64,000 bases of DNA from Deltaproteobacteria bacterium (GCA_016713535.1 JADJOY010000017.1:34436-98435); one strand, 5' to 3'. Shown: positions 9,264-20,633, counted from the first letter of the stretch. Program-made: numbers and translations. Notes: generated from the sequence alone by a model not told the origin.

Positions 9264-10139
9264 TCACGGTAAACCGGCCGCGCGCAGCGCTTCCACGAGC
9301 TTGTCGCGGTTCGCGGCGAGCATCGGCGCGAGCGGCAGCCGCACCTCGTCGCTCGGGATCCGGCCCATGAGGGCGAGGGCCGTCTTCACCGGAGTGGGGT
9401 TGGTCTCGATGAAGAGCGCGCGCAGCAGCGGACCGATCCTGTAGTGCACCTCGCGCGCCCGCGCGAGGTCGCCGGCGAGCGCCGCGTCCGAGATCGCCGT
9501 CATCTCGCCCGGCAGCACGTTCGACGAGGCGCTGATCACGCCGCACCCGCCCACCGCGATGATCGGCAGCGTCAGGTTGTCGTCGCCGGACAGCACGTCG
9601 AACCCGGGCCCGCAGCGCTCGATGATCTCCGAGACCTGGCCGAGGTTCCCCGACGCCTCCTTCACGCCCACGATCCCCTTCACCTGGGCCAGGCGCGCCA
9701 TGGTCGCGGGCTCGATGTTGACGGCCGTGCGGCCCTGGATGTTGTAGACGACGATCGGCAGGTCGACGGCCTTCGCCACCGCCTCGAAGTGCCGGAAGAT
9801 CCCTTCCTGGGTGGGCTTGTTGTAGTAGGGCGTGATCATCAGCGCGCCGTCGGCGCCCGCCTCCTTGGCGTGGCGGGTGAGGCGGATCGCCTCGGCGGTG
9901 CTGTTCGAGCCGGTGCCCGCGAGCACCGGCACGCGGCGGCGCACCGTCTCGATGGTGAGCGAGATGACCCGCGCGTGCTCCTCGTGGCTGAGCGTCGCGG
10001 ACTCGCCGGTGGTGCCGCAGGGTACGAAGCCCTGCACACCGTCCGCGATGAGCCGCTCGATCAGGTCGCCGAGCGCCTTCTCGTCGACGCTGCCGTTTCG
10101 GAAAGGAGTGACGGTCGCGACGAAATTGCCCTTGAACAT
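9264..10139 (-). CDS. dapA: 4-hydroxy-tetrahydrodipicolinate synthase
   Basis: MFKGNFVATVTPF...GTTGES...YNKP motifs; start ATG 10139. Confidence 0.9.
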   Translation of the reverse strand: MFKGNFVATVTPFRNGSVDEKALGDLIERLIADGVQGFVPCGTTGESATLSHEEHARVISLTIETVRRRVPVLAGTGSNSTAEAIRLTRHAKEAGADGALMITPYYNKPTQEGIFRHFEAVAKAVDLPIVVYNIQGRTAVNIEPATMARLAQVKGIVGVKEASGNLGQVSEIIERCGPGFDVLSGDDNLTLPIIAVGGCGVISASSNVLPGEMTAISDAALAGDLARAREVHYRIGPLLRALFIETNPTPVKTALALMGRIPSDEVRLPLAPMLAANRDKLVEALRAAGLP

Positions 10140-10242
10140 CGTCTTCCCCCTGCTTCGATCCGCGCGGCGTCGCGCGGCGGGATCGTCCCCGCTCGCGCCG
10201 CCGTCCGGTGCGACGCCGCCTCGCACGGGCGAGGCGCCCTGC

Positions 10243-11067
10243 TCAGACCACGAGCTCGCCGCTGAACACCTCGGCTCCCGGTCCGGTCATGAACACCGAG
10301 CTAGTACCGCCATCCCACTCGAGCACCAGATCGCCACCCGGCAGGCTCACCGTCACCGGCGACGCCGCCATGCCGAGGCGGATCGCCACCGCTGCCACCG
10401 CGCACGCGCCGGAGCCGCACGCGAGCGTCTCGCCGGCGCCGCGCTCCCACACCCGCATCCGCACGTGGTGGCGGTCGAGGAGCTCGACGAACTCCACGTT
10501 GGTGCGCCTGGGGAAGAACGGGTGGTTCTCGATCACCGGTCCGAGCGTGTGGACCGGCGCCGTCGCCACCGACTCGACGAACTGCACCGCGTGCGGGTTG
10601 CCCATCGAGACACAGCTGATGGAGACCGTGACGCCGCCGGCGGTGAACGGCCGGTCGACGACCTCGCCGTCGGCGTCGACCGGCACCCGGCGGGCGTCCC
10701 AGATCGGCGGCCCCATGTCGACGCGCACCGCGTCGCCCACGAAGGCCGGCGTGACCACGCCGGAGAGCGTCTCGACGCGCAGCGACGGACCCGCGGCGCG
10801 CCCGCGGCTTCTGAGGTAGAGCGCCAGGCAACGGATACCGTTGCCGCACATCTCCACCTCGGATCCGTCCTGGTTGTAGATGATCATCCTGGCGTCGGCC
10901 GTCGTGGAAGGCGCCGCCACCAGGATCTGGTCGCAGCCAAGGCCGAAGCGGCGGTCGCCGATCTTGCGCGCCAGCTCCGGGGTGACGGCGACCGGATGCT
11001 CGAAGCCGTCGAGAACGACGAAGTCGTTGCCGAGGCCGTGCATCTTGACGAACGGGAGGGTGGTCAC
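10243..11067 (-). CDS. dapF: diaminopimelate epimerase
   Basis: FVKMHGLGNDFVV ... catalytic Cys motifs (CGNG, GSGAC). Confidence 0.9.
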   Translation of the reverse strand: MTTLPFVKMHGLGNDFVVLDGFEHPVAVTPELARKIGDRRFGLGCDQILVAAPSTTADARMIIYNQDGSEVEMCGNGIRCLALYLRSRGRAAGPSLRVETLSGVVTPAFVGDAVRVDMGPPIWDARRVPVDADGEVVDRPFTAGGVTVSISCVSMGNPHAVQFVESVATAPVHTLGPVIENHPFFPRRTNVEFVELLDRHHVRMRVWERGAGETLACGSGACAVAAVAIRLGMAASPVTVSLPGGDLVLEWDGGTSSVFMTGPGAEVFSGELVV

Positions 11068-11089
11068 GACCGCTGCTCCGGCGAAAGGC

Positions 11090-12334
11090 TCACACGACCT
11101 CGCCGCGCACGAGATCGTCGAGGGTCTCGCGCGGACGCACGACGCGCCAGGTGGTGCCGTCCACCATGACCTCGGGCGGACGCGGCCGGGTGTTGTAGTT
11201 CGACGCCATCACGAAACCGTACGCTCCCGCGCTCATCACCGCCAGCAGCTCGCCGCGGCCCACGTCCGGAACCGGGCGGTCCTTGGCGAGGAAGTCGCCG
11301 CTCTCGCAGATCGGACCGACCACGTCCGCGGGGCGCGCGTCCACGTCGTCGCGCTGCTTGACCGCGTGGATCTCCTGGTAGGCGCCGTAGAGCGACGGCC
11401 GGATCAGGTCGTTCATCCCTGCGTCGACGATCACGAAGCGCTTGGCCTCGGTCTCCTTGCGGAAGAGCACCCGGGTGAGCATCACGCCCGCGTTGCCGAC
11501 CAGCGATCGGCCCGGCTCGAAGAGCAGCTCGACGCCGAGGTGACCGACCACGCTCAGGACCTCGCGCGCGTAGTCCGCGGGGGTGGGCGGAACCTCGTTC
11601 TTGTAGGTGATGCCGAGCCCGCCGCCGAGGTCGAGGTGGCGGATCGTGTGGCCGTCGGCGCGGAGCTGCTCGAGGAGCTCGCCGACCTTCTGGAACGCGT
11701 CGCGAAACGGCGTGGTGCTGGTGAGCTGCGAGCCGATGTGGGCGTCGAGCCCGCGAACCTCGATGCCGGGCAGAGCGCCGGCGCGCTGGTAGACCTCGCG
11801 GGCGCGCGCGATCGCGATGCCGAACTTGCTGGTCTTGAGCCCGGTCGAGATGTAGGGGTGGGTCTGCGGGTCGACGTCCGGATTGACGCGCACCGAGATC
11901 GGCGCGCGGACTCCCTTCCCGGCGGCGATCTCGCTCAGACGCTCGAGCTCTTCCTCGCTCTCGACGTTGAACATCAAGATGCCCGCGTCGAGGGCCTGGT
12001 TGATCTCGGCGTCGGTCTTGCCGACGCCCGAGAACACCACGTCGCCGGCCTTGCCGCCGGCGCGCAGGACGCGCTCGAGCTCACCGCCCGAGACCACGTC
12101 GAAGGCGCTGCCGAGCGAGCGAAAGAGGCCGAGCACGGCGAGGCTCGAGTTGGCCTTGACCGAGTAGCAGATGCGGTGAGGTACGCCCTGGAAAGCGTCG
12201 TACCAGCCGCGGAAGAAGCTGGTGAGCGCGCCCTGGCTGTAGACGTAGACGGGAGTCCCGACCTCGGACGCGATGGTCTCGAGTGGCACGCCCTCGGCGT
12301 GGAGCTCGCCGTTGGTGAACGGGAAGAAGTCCAT
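11090..12334 (-). CDS. lysA: diaminopimelate decarboxylase
   Basis: PLP fold III decarboxylase motifs (YSVKAN, GGGLGI, CESGD); start ATG 12334 (MDFFPFTNG). Confidence 0.9.
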   Translation of the reverse strand: MDFFPFTNGELHAEGVPLETIASEVGTPVYVYSQGALTSFFRGWYDAFQGVPHRICYSVKANSSLAVLGLFRSLGSAFDVVSGGELERVLRAGGKAGDVVFSGVGKTDAEINQALDAGILMFNVESEEELERLSEIAAGKGVRAPISVRVNPDVDPQTHPYISTGLKTSKFGIAIARAREVYQRAGALPGIEVRGLDAHIGSQLTSTTPFRDAFQKVGELLEQLRADGHTIRHLDLGGGLGITYKNEVPPTPADYAREVLSVVGHLGVELLFEPGRSLVGNAGVMLTRVLFRKETEAKRFVIVDAGMNDLIRPSLYGAYQEIHAVKQRDDVDARPADVVGPICESGDFLAKDRPVPDVGRGELLAVMSAGAYGFVMASNYNTRPRPPEVMVDGTTWRVVRPRETLDDLVRGEVV

Positions 12335-12454
12335 GGATGCTGATCTTCTCGTGGAAAACGCGGGAAACGCCCGGTGCAAAGACGCGAAGTGTGATGACGC
12401 GCCGGGGCTAAGTCAACCGAGACGCGCGTCGCCGCGACGCGTGGCACTGCGGGC

Positions 12455-12502
12455 GGGGACAGGCCCCGCCCCTACGTTGCCTTGGGCGTTGGAACCGTAG
12501 GG
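12455..12502. other. 12-bp-stem hairpin CCCGCCCCTACG-N20-CGTAGGGGCGGG between the sulfotransferase 3' end and the lysA 5' region
   Basis: Seen directly; no U-tract follows on either strand. Confidence 0.4.
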
Positions 12503-12508
12503 GCGGGC

Positions 12509-13351
12509 TCAGCCCTCGTACACCCAGCGGCGCGCGACGGCGAGTAGCGCGCGCTGGAACGCGCTCCACTCCATCGGCTTGCCGAGGCGAGCCGGATCGG
12601 GGCGCAGGCTCGCGGCCACCGACGACTTGGTCTCCTCGTTGCCGTTGATGTCGTGGGAGGCGCGGCTCTCCCCCTCGAAGGGGTCGTGGAACGGCACGCC
12701 GAGCCGCTCGCCGAGCTCGCGCACCGTCGACTCCGGTCGCGACACGAGGTCCTCGTAGCGGACCCTGCGGTAGTGGGGGCGCGGCCGAAGAGACGCTCGC
12801 GCGAGCAGGTTGGTGCGCAGGTACTTGCCCACGATCGCGTCGAGGAAGCCGTGCTTCTTGCGGCGCATCCGCGACGCCACGTGTCCCTCGGGCGAGCGCA
12901 CCAGGTGGATCACGTAGACGTCCTGTGGATAGGCCCGCACCAGCGGCAGGAGGCGCCACACCGACTTCGAGTTGTCGAGGACGACTTCGGCGCCGGTCAC
13001 GCTCTCGATCGCCTCGAAGAGCTCGCGGTTGGCCGCGCCGAACGGGTTCTTGCCGCGGCTCGAGAGCCGCCCACTGAGCGCGCGCACCCACTCCAGACCG
13101 CGTTCCGACGAGACCCGCGAGATCGGCACCATGTCGAGCTCGGTGGTGCGCGCGATGCGCCAGAACACCGGACCCCACACCGGGCACTCGAGCGCGTGCA
13201 GCCCACAGCTACAGCGGCGACCGGTGGGATGCCAGTAGCGATCGAGGTACTGCAGCTCGCCGGCCGAGAAGATCCGCGGGTTCTGGTTGAGGATGCGCGT
13301 GAGCAGCGTCGAGCCGGTGTGCGTGCACGCGACGACGTAGGCGAGTTTCAT
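12509..13351 (-). CDS. sulfotransferase family protein (Stf0-like, P-loop THTGSTLL)
   Basis: 280-aa ORF with N-terminal PAPS-binding-like motif ACTHTGSTLLTRIL and RxxS motif. Confidence 0.7.
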   Translation of the reverse strand: MKLAYVVACTHTGSTLLTRILNQNPRIFSAGELQYLDRYWHPTGRRCSCGLHALECPVWGPVFWRIARTTELDMVPISRVSSERGLEWVRALSGRLSSRGKNPFGAANRELFEAIESVTGAEVVLDNSKSVWRLLPLVRAYPQDVYVIHLVRSPEGHVASRMRRKKHGFLDAIVGKYLRTNLLARASLRPRPHYRRVRYEDLVSRPESTVRELGERLGVPFHDPFEGESRASHDINGNEETKSSVAASLRPDPARLGKPMEWSAFQRALLAVARRWVYEG

Positions 13352-13483
13352 GGTGGTGTCGAGGCATCCATCGCCGTCAGCGCGCCGCGCGCGGCAGGCC
13401 AGCCGTTACACGCGAATGTACCCGACGTTCAACGTGACGCGGAGAATGTGCGGAAACGCTCGTCGGATGACCTTCGAGGTTGC

Positions 13484-13497
13484 GGCGCCGAAGTTGC
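13484..13497 (+). promoter_or_regulatory. sigma-54 (RpoN) type promoter GGCGC-N5-TTGC about 55 nt upstream of the DUF4398-OmpA-CsbD operon
   Basis: ttgcGGCGCcgaagTTGCact; invariant GG-N10-GC spacing; correct orientation. Confidence 0.5.
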
Positions 13498-13551
13498 ACT
13501 GCCCACCGTTGCGCGTTCGAACCTCCCAGCGCGCATTCCGGAGAACAGCTC

Positions 13552-13902
13552 ATGTTGCAGACACGCCTCATGGCGGTCGTCCTGCTCACCTCGGTGTTCG
13601 GCTGCGCAGCCGCGCGGCCATCGGGCGAGCAGATGAATCAGGCCATCTCGGCCATCCACGACGCGGAGCAGGCCGACGCCGTATCGATGGCACCCGTACC
13701 GATGCGGACGGCGCGCGAGGCCTACGCGAAAGCGGAAGAAGCCGTACGCCAGCAGGAGGAGCTCGAGGCCTCGCGGCTCGCCGACCAGGCGACGGTCGAC
13801 GCCAAGCTCGCCAGTGCCACCGCCCGTGCGACGCGCGCCGAGCGGAGCCTGGATGAAATGCGCCGCAGCCAGGACGCGCTGCGCCAGGAAGGGAGTCGCT
13901 GA
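13552..13902 (+). CDS. DUF4398-like lipoprotein (typical partner of OmpA-family proteins)
   Basis: GGAGA RBS; lipoprotein signal MLQTRLMAVVLLTSVFGC; coiled-coil A/E-rich body; stop 4 nt before the next gene. Confidence 0.65.
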   Translation: MLQTRLMAVVLLTSVFGCAAARPSGEQMNQAISAIHDAEQADAVSMAPVPMRTAREAYAKAEEAVRQQEELEASRLADQATVDAKLASATARATRAERSLDEMRRSQDALRQEGSR

Positions 13903-13905
13903 ACC

Positions 13906-14976
13906 ATGAAGACCACTCGATGCACCTTTCCGAATTCGCGCACTCCGCGCGCCGCGCGAGTCGTCCGCGGTCTCGTTCTCACGGTGGGCGCGGCGGTCGC
14001 GCTCGCGGGCTGCGGCCCGAAGCACAACCCGGCCCTCGACTCGCTGCGCGCCGACGTGGTGCACGCCAAGGCCGATCCGAACCTGGTGCGGCGCGCCCCG
14101 GCGGCCCTCGACGACACCGTGAAGGCGCTCGACCGCGCCGAGACCGCCGAGCGCCGCGGCGCCGACCCTGTCGACAAGCAACACACGATCTACCTCGCGC
14201 GTCGTCGGCTCGAGATCGCGCAGGCGCAGTCCGCGGAAAAGGCCGCGGAAGAGGAGATCGCGAAGCGCGGCACGCAGCGCGACACGGACGTCGCGAATGC
14301 GCGTGCGCGCGGCGCCGACCAGCGCGCGGCGAGCGCCGAGGGCGAGCTGCGGGCGACCCAGCGCTCGCTCGACCAGCAATCGGGCGAGGTGCGCGCCGGT
14401 GCGGCGGCCAACGCCGCGCTCACCGATCGCGCCCACGACGCCGAGGACAGCGCCGCGACCGCGCGCCTGAACCTGAAGGAATCGCAGCAGACCGTCGCGC
14501 AGCAGAGCGCCGACGCACGGGTGGCGGATCGCCAGCGCGCCGCCCTCGAGCTCGACCTCGCCCGGCTGCGCCACGAGCTGAACGCGCGGGAGACCGAGCG
14601 CGGGCTGCTCTTCACGTTCGGCAACGACGTGCTCTTCGACGTCGGCCGCTCCGACATCAAGCTCGGCGCACGCGAGCGGCTCGCTCGTCTGTGCGAGTTC
14701 CTCAACGCCTACCCGGACCGGTTCGTCCAGGTCGACGGCCACACCGACAGCACCGGCGTCATGGCGTCCAACCTGACGCTCTCCCGGGCCCGCGCCGACG
14801 CGGTTCGCGGCCTCATGGTCCACGAAGGGATCGCGCCCGACCACGTCGTCTCGCAGGGCTTCGGCTCGAGCTCGCCGGTGGCGTCGAACGACTCCAGCGC
14901 GGGGCGCCAGCAGAACCGCCGGGTCGAGATCGTGCTGCTCAACGCGAGTCGCAGCTCGGCGGACGCGAGCCGGTAA
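13906..14976 (+). CDS. OmpA-family lipoprotein (long coiled-coil N-terminal region plus C-terminal OmpA peptidoglycan-binding domain)
   Basis: Lipobox LAGC; C-terminal TDSTG...NRRVEIVLL OmpA_C motifs. Confidence 0.85.
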   Translation: MKTTRCTFPNSRTPRAARVVRGLVLTVGAAVALAGCGPKHNPALDSLRADVVHAKADPNLVRRAPAALDDTVKALDRAETAERRGADPVDKQHTIYLARRRLEIAQAQSAEKAAEEEIAKRGTQRDTDVANARARGADQRAASAEGELRATQRSLDQQSGEVRAGAAANAALTDRAHDAEDSAATARLNLKESQQTVAQQSADARVADRQRAALELDLARLRHELNARETERGLLFTFGNDVLFDVGRSDIKLGARERLARLCEFLNAYPDRFVQVDGHTDSTGVMASNLTLSRARADAVRGLMVHEGIAPDHVVSQGFGSSSPVASNDSSAGRQQNRRVEIVLLNASRSSADASR

Positions 14977-15041
14977 AGCCTCACCAGCGAGCGCAGACCC
15001 GGACACCGACCAACTTCGACGAAAACAAGAGGAGAGAGACC

Positions 15042-15236
15042 ATGAACCAGGACCAGATCAAGGGCACGTGGGACCAGCTCAAGGGCAAGGCCAAGCGCAT
15101 CTGGGGCGAGCTCACCGACGACGACTTCATCAAGGCCGAAGGGTCGGCGGACAAGCTCTACGGCGTCATCGAGAAGCGCTTCGGCGACAAGAAGGAAGCG
15201 ATCAAGGACCGGATCGACAAGCTCACCGTGAGCTGA
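15042..15236 (+). CDS. CsbD-family general stress protein
   Basis: MNQDQIKGTWDQLKGKAKRIWGELTDDDF... is the canonical CsbD sequence; GAGGAG RBS. Confidence 0.8.
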   Translation: MNQDQIKGTWDQLKGKAKRIWGELTDDDFIKAEGSADKLYGVIEKRFGDKKEAIKDRIDKLTVS

Positions 15237-15329
15237 CGCAGCGCGCGCCCGGGGCGTCGCCAGTGGCGGTTCTCCGGGGCTGCGCGGCCCCGTCGTCTCA
15301 CCCCATTCCAACCAGCAAGGACCAGCTCA

Positions 15330-16415
15330 ATGAAGAACGCATGGAAACGCAGCATCGTCGCAGCGGGCCTCGCCGGCCTCCTGCTGGCGGACGTCGTATC
15401 GGCGAAGACCGCGCCGTCCGACTCCTGGATCACCACCAAGGTGAAGATGCAGCTCCTCACCGCGGAAGACGTGAGCGGCACCGACGTCAACGTGGACACT
15501 CGCGACGGGCTCGTGACCCTCCAGGGACCGGTCAGCACCGCAGCGGAGAAGGCGAGGACGGTCAAGCTGGCCCGCGGCATCGAAGGGGTCCGCGACGTCC
15601 GCGACCTCCTCGAGATCGTGCCGCAGAGCAAGGCCTCCGTGATCGAGGCCAAGGACGACGTGATCCGCGACAGGCTCTCCAAGGACCTGAACGACGCCGC
15701 GCGGCTCCAGGACAGCGCCATCGCCATCCAGTCCGTCACCAACGGCACCGTGGTTCTCGGCGGCAAGGCCAAGACGCTCGGCGATCACGCGGAAGCGCTC
15801 AGGCTCGCGCGTCGGACGCCCGGCGTCCGCAAGGTCGTGAGCCAGATCGTGAGCCCCGACACGCTCGGCGACGAGGACCTGTGGTTCCCGGAGGTGAAGG
15901 CGGAGAAGGTCGCCGAGGCCGAGGCGAAGGATGCCCAGGTCGCGGCGAAGGGAGCGAGCGGCCAGGTGTCCGATAGCTGGATCACCACCAAGGCCAAGCT
16001 CGCCCTGTGGACCTCGCCTGACATCACCTCGGACGAGATCAACGTCGACACGCGGGACGGCGTCGTGACGCTGTTCGGCACCGTCACGCCGGACGCGGTC
16101 CGCGAGGTCGCGGTCCAGAAGGTCCGCGCCGTCGACGGCGTCAAGGACGTGAAGAACCAGCTCCAGGTGGTCTCGGTCACGACGGAGAAGGCCGTCGAGC
16201 ACGCGGACGACGCCATCAAGAGCGCCGTGACCTCCCGCCTCGCCGAGCGCGGGGATCTGAACGCGGCGAAGATCGAGGTGTCGGTGGCGAAGGGCGTCGT
16301 CCAGCTCAAGGGCACCGTCGCCAGCCAGGAGCAACGACTGACGGCGTTGTCGCAGGCGCGGATGGTGGCCGGCGTGCGCGCGGTGATCGACGAGCTGCAC
16401 ATCCAGATGAAGTGA
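15330..16415 (+). CDS. OsmY-like periplasmic protein with four BON domains
   Basis: Signal peptide; repeated SDSWITTKVK...VDTRDG.VTL.G.V units. Confidence 0.85.
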   Translation: MKNAWKRSIVAAGLAGLLLADVVSAKTAPSDSWITTKVKMQLLTAEDVSGTDVNVDTRDGLVTLQGPVSTAAEKARTVKLARGIEGVRDVRDLLEIVPQSKASVIEAKDDVIRDRLSKDLNDAARLQDSAIAIQSVTNGTVVLGGKAKTLGDHAEALRLARRTPGVRKVVSQIVSPDTLGDEDLWFPEVKAEKVAEAEAKDAQVAAKGASGQVSDSWITTKAKLALWTSPDITSDEINVDTRDGVVTLFGTVTPDAVREVAVQKVRAVDGVKDVKNQLQVVSVTTEKAVEHADDAIKSAVTSRLAERGDLNAAKIEVSVAKGVVQLKGTVASQEQRLTALSQARMVAGVRAVIDELHIQMK

Positions 16416-16496
16416 GCGATCGGGACTGCCCGCGATTCGCGAGCGGCCCGTCTTGCGTTCCGACCCCAGTGCCCGTGAGGAATTCGAGCTAGACCG

Positions 16497-16585
16497 CGCA
16501 TGGAAGCCGCGTGAAGCCGGCGACGGGGGATGGAACCCCCGTCGCTACGGGGGCCGCCCCCGGGGCCTCCCCCGCGAGGCCTCGC
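16497..16585. repeat. REP-like repeat, copy 2
   Basis: GGAAGCCGCGTG...GGCGACGGGGG-ATGGAA-CCCCCGTCGC-TACG followed by a different GGGGG-CCG-CCCCC hairpin; lies between convergent genes. Confidence 0.6.
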
Positions 16586-17917
<1,332 letters not shown>

Positions 17918-18153
17918 TGCATCCTCGACCCTCGAGGATCGGGGCGGTCTCGGACGGCCGCCGGCCTATGGGACCGACTCGATGTGCACCCCGCGACGAT
18001 CGAGCCGATGGAGGGTAGCACCGATGGAATTCCCGGGCGGATGCGGTGGGGACGATCGGCCGCGCGGAGCGATACCCGATCGTCGCGGCGACGTGGCTCG
18101 AACGAAGGGAAGGGCGCGCCGCTAACGGCTTCTGCTTCGGCTCGGCGAGGCGG

Positions 18154-18492
18154 TCACTTCGCCGCAGGGAGTGCGTGGTGGATCGCGAGCGTGTCGGGAT
18201 CGCTCGCGTGGATCGGCTCGTCAGGCGCTTGCCCCTCGAGCCTCGGAGCCGGCCCACTCGGGAGGGGCCTGATCGTCCACTCGCCGGCCTCGCGTTCGGC
18301 TGCGGTGGTTCGCCGTGGCGCGAGCCACCAGGTCAGCCCGGCCCCGATGAGGATCCCCACACCGACCAGGCCGACGCCATACAGGACGTCGGTGGAGACG
18401 GGACGACGAGTCTCGAGGCCGAGCCCGGTGAGCATCGCCTGACGGCTCGGGAGCTGCGCCCACAGGCTCGATGCGTTTCCGTGGACGTCCAT
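18154..18492 (-). CDS. hypothetical single-pass membrane protein
   Basis: 112-aa ORF with one TM segment (VLYGVGLVGVGILIGAGLTWWLA); sits in the stress gene cluster. Confidence 0.45.
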   Translation of the reverse strand: MDVHGNASSLWAQLPSRQAMLTGLGLETRRPVSTDVLYGVGLVGVGILIGAGLTWWLAPRRTTAAEREAGEWTIRPLPSGPAPRLEGQAPDEPIHASDPDTLAIHHALPAAK

Positions 18493-18562
18493 GGTCGAGA
18501 TCCTCGCTGGTGTGGATTGGCGTGGGTTTCAGTCGCGGTCCGAGGCCTGTGCGGCATGCGCG

Positions 18563-18993
18563 TCAACGCGGTGCGGGTGCGCTGGCGCCGCGGTCGTTGG
18601 TGAGCAGCCGGCCGAGGGCCTCGCCGGCGACCTGCCGCAGGCCGATGCCGATCGCGAGGCTCACCAAGCGCTTGGGTAGACCGCCACCGAGCACGTAGCC
18701 GATCCCCGCGGCGGTCAAGATCGTCGTGTAGCGGTGCCGCTCCAGGCGAGCGCGTGCGAGCGCCGCGACCAGCTCGATCGCCTCGCTGGTGTGCTGGAGC
18801 AGCAGCTTGGCGTCCTCTCGGACCCGCTCGGATCGCTCGTGGATTCCGTCGGGGACCGCGGCCTCGCGGGGGTCGTTCCGGGAAACCGGCTGCGCCGGAG
18901 CGCTCGCCCCTGGTGGTGTGGCGCTCGCGTCCTCCCGCTCGCCCGCGGAGACGGCGGCTCGCGACTGCACGGTGCCTTCTTCCTGTCTCGCCA
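18563..18993 (-). CDS. hypothetical protein with C-terminal hydrophobic segment
   Basis: Start ATG 18993 with GAGGA RBS (MARQEEGTV...); the ORF track extends upstream. Confidence 0.45.
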
Positions 18994-19096
18994 TGACGCG
19001 TGGTCCTCGCGCAAAGGGCTGGCTGAGCGGCCACGAGGCGAACCGCATTCGTGGCGCGGGGGTGCAGGTCGGCGGTGCCGATGCGGGGGCCGTCAT

Positions 19097-19315
19097 TCAC
19101 AGCCTCGAGACGAGTCGGCCCACGAGGAAACCCGCGAGGGTCGCGCCCGCCAGGGTGAGCAGCGGATGCGCCCGGGCCAGCTCCGCGAGCGCGCGGTCGG
19201 TCGTCACGAGCCCGTCGCGCACGGAATCCGCCCGCTCGGTCAGTGCGGAGATTTCTCGTTCGAGGCGGTGCGAGTGATCGCCGAGGGCCTGTGCCGTCGC
19301 TTGCAAGCTCATCAT
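19097..19315 (-). CDS. DUF883 (ElaB/YqjD-like) membrane-anchored stress protein
   Basis: 72-aa coiled-coil plus C-terminal anchor LAGATLAGFLVGRL; ATGA overlap with the upstream gene. Confidence 0.6.
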   Translation of the reverse strand: MMSLQATAQALGDHSHRLEREISALTERADSVRDGLVTTDRALAELARAHPLLTLAGATLAGFLVGRLVSRL

Positions 19316-19551
19316 CCGATCCTGATCCGTTCCGGCGCTCCCGTGCGGAGCCCCATGTACAGGCCGATGGCGAACGCGCCCGCCAGCCAGGGAAGCGGAT
19401 GCTCGCCGAGGTGTGTCTCGAAGCTCACCTGCTTGCGGAGCGCTCGGCCCAGGTCACCCATGGCCCGCTCCAGGGCCGCGCCGTCCCGGGCCGTTCGAGC
19501 GGCCAGCGCGCGGCGGGTCACGGCACCTGTGGGGCTCACCTCGGGCGCCAT
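19312..19551 (-). CDS. YqjK-like small membrane protein
   Basis: MAPEVSP...HPLPWLAGAFAIGLYMGL; start ATG overlaps the upstream stop as TGATG. Confidence 0.45.
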   Translation of the reverse strand: MAPEVSPTGAVTRRALAARTARDGAALERAMGDLGRALRKQVSFETHLGEHPLPWLAGAFAIGLYMGLRTGAPERIRIG

Positions 19552-19892
19552 CAACGCCCCGCGCCCGTGGGCGCCGTCGAGGCTCGCGCCGCGGCGACGA
19601 GCGCCAGCCCCGCGGCGAGGTGGAGCGCGCCCACCAGCGCGAGCGCCAGCGGCCACGACCACATCGGGCCCAGCCAGGCCAGCAGCGCGCCGACGACGCA
19701 GCACCAGCCGAGCGCGGTCACCACACCGCCCGCGACGGCGAACGACCCGCCGCGAGTGAGATCTCCCCACGTCTCCGCGGCCTGGAGCGCCAGCAGGTCG
19801 ATCCGGTCGACGACCAGTCGCTGGCCGGCGCCGTAGGCTTGCTCGATCGCGTCACTGACGGACGGTGTGCTCGTTCGCCGAATCGGGTCCAT
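19551..19892 (-). CDS. YqjE-like / putative holin-X (superfamily III) membrane protein
   Basis: MDPIRR...LALQAAETWGDLTRGGSFAVAGGVVTALGWCCVVGALLAWL; two-TM pattern. Confidence 0.55.
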   Translation of the reverse strand: MDPIRRTSTPSVSDAIEQAYGAGQRLVVDRIDLLALQAAETWGDLTRGGSFAVAGGVVTALGWCCVVGALLAWLGPMWSWPLALALVGALHLAAGLALVAAARASTAPTGAGR

Positions 19893-20004
19893 GGTCGCCG
19901 AACGATGCAATCCCCGCACCGCCGGGGCCGCGCGGTCCGGCCGTGCGTGATCCACGCCGTAGCCGGCGCATCCGGCGGGAAGGTCGTTCAGGCTCGGCGG
20001 ACCT

Positions 20005-20023
20005 CGTGCACCTGAGGTGCACG
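20005..20023. promoter_or_regulatory. perfect 8-3-8 palindrome CGTGCACC-TGA-GGTGCACG, candidate operator upstream of the yqjE-like operon
   Basis: Perfect inverted repeat about 115 nt upstream of the start at 19892. Confidence 0.35.
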
Positions 20024-20633
20024 GAAGGTGTAGGCGTTACCAGCGATCCAGCCTGCTTCGGGGTGGCCTTCCTCGTTCCCGCGGGGCCCACTCGCCGGAT
20101 CGCGACCTCGCGCCGGCTGGGAGCGGCTTCGGCGTGGGGCACTGCGCTTGCACTGCACAGCCATCGATCGACGACGATCCAATGGAACGCGCCCGTTCAC
20201 TTCGAGCGGACGCAGGGCCATGCCCGAGGAGAACGAACATGATCACGATCCGACGAGCCGCGCTTCCCGCGACGGCGGCCGTAGGGCTTGCGTCCGTGTG
20301 CGACGGCAACGACGCGACCCACCCGTTCCGCAACTCGTCGGCTTCTACGGCCCGCCGATCAACGACCCCGTGTTCACCACCACGCCGGGCACGCTCGACT
20401 CCAACGACAACGGCGAGCTCTTCGACGACGAGCCGTCGGTCGCGCTCACCGCGCAATCGACCGGCACATCCTCCGACACCGGTGACGAGCTCGATCTCCA
20501 GCTCTTCCTCGAGCCCGGCGTCTTCAACGTGGACTCCAGCGGCACCGGTGATCTGAGCGACGTCCGGACCACCGGCCGAGAGCAGGTCGTGGCGCGAGGT
20601 CCGTTTGCGAATCCCCCGCTTCGAAAGGCGATC

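Noticed and set aside
19894-19925. sigma-54-like motif GGTGC-N5-TTGCA (minus strand) immediately upstream of the yqjE-like gene
   Set aside because: The -24 element has two mismatches to GGCAC. The predicted TSS would coincide with the start codon, so it is too weak to call.
20148-20633. 160-aa N-terminal extension of the SOD ORF, including a Thr/Ser/Asp-rich stretch
   Set aside because: It has no coding-type GC3 bias. A good RBS and start lie just before the conserved SOD N-terminus. It is better explained as upstream non-coding sequence read through in frame.
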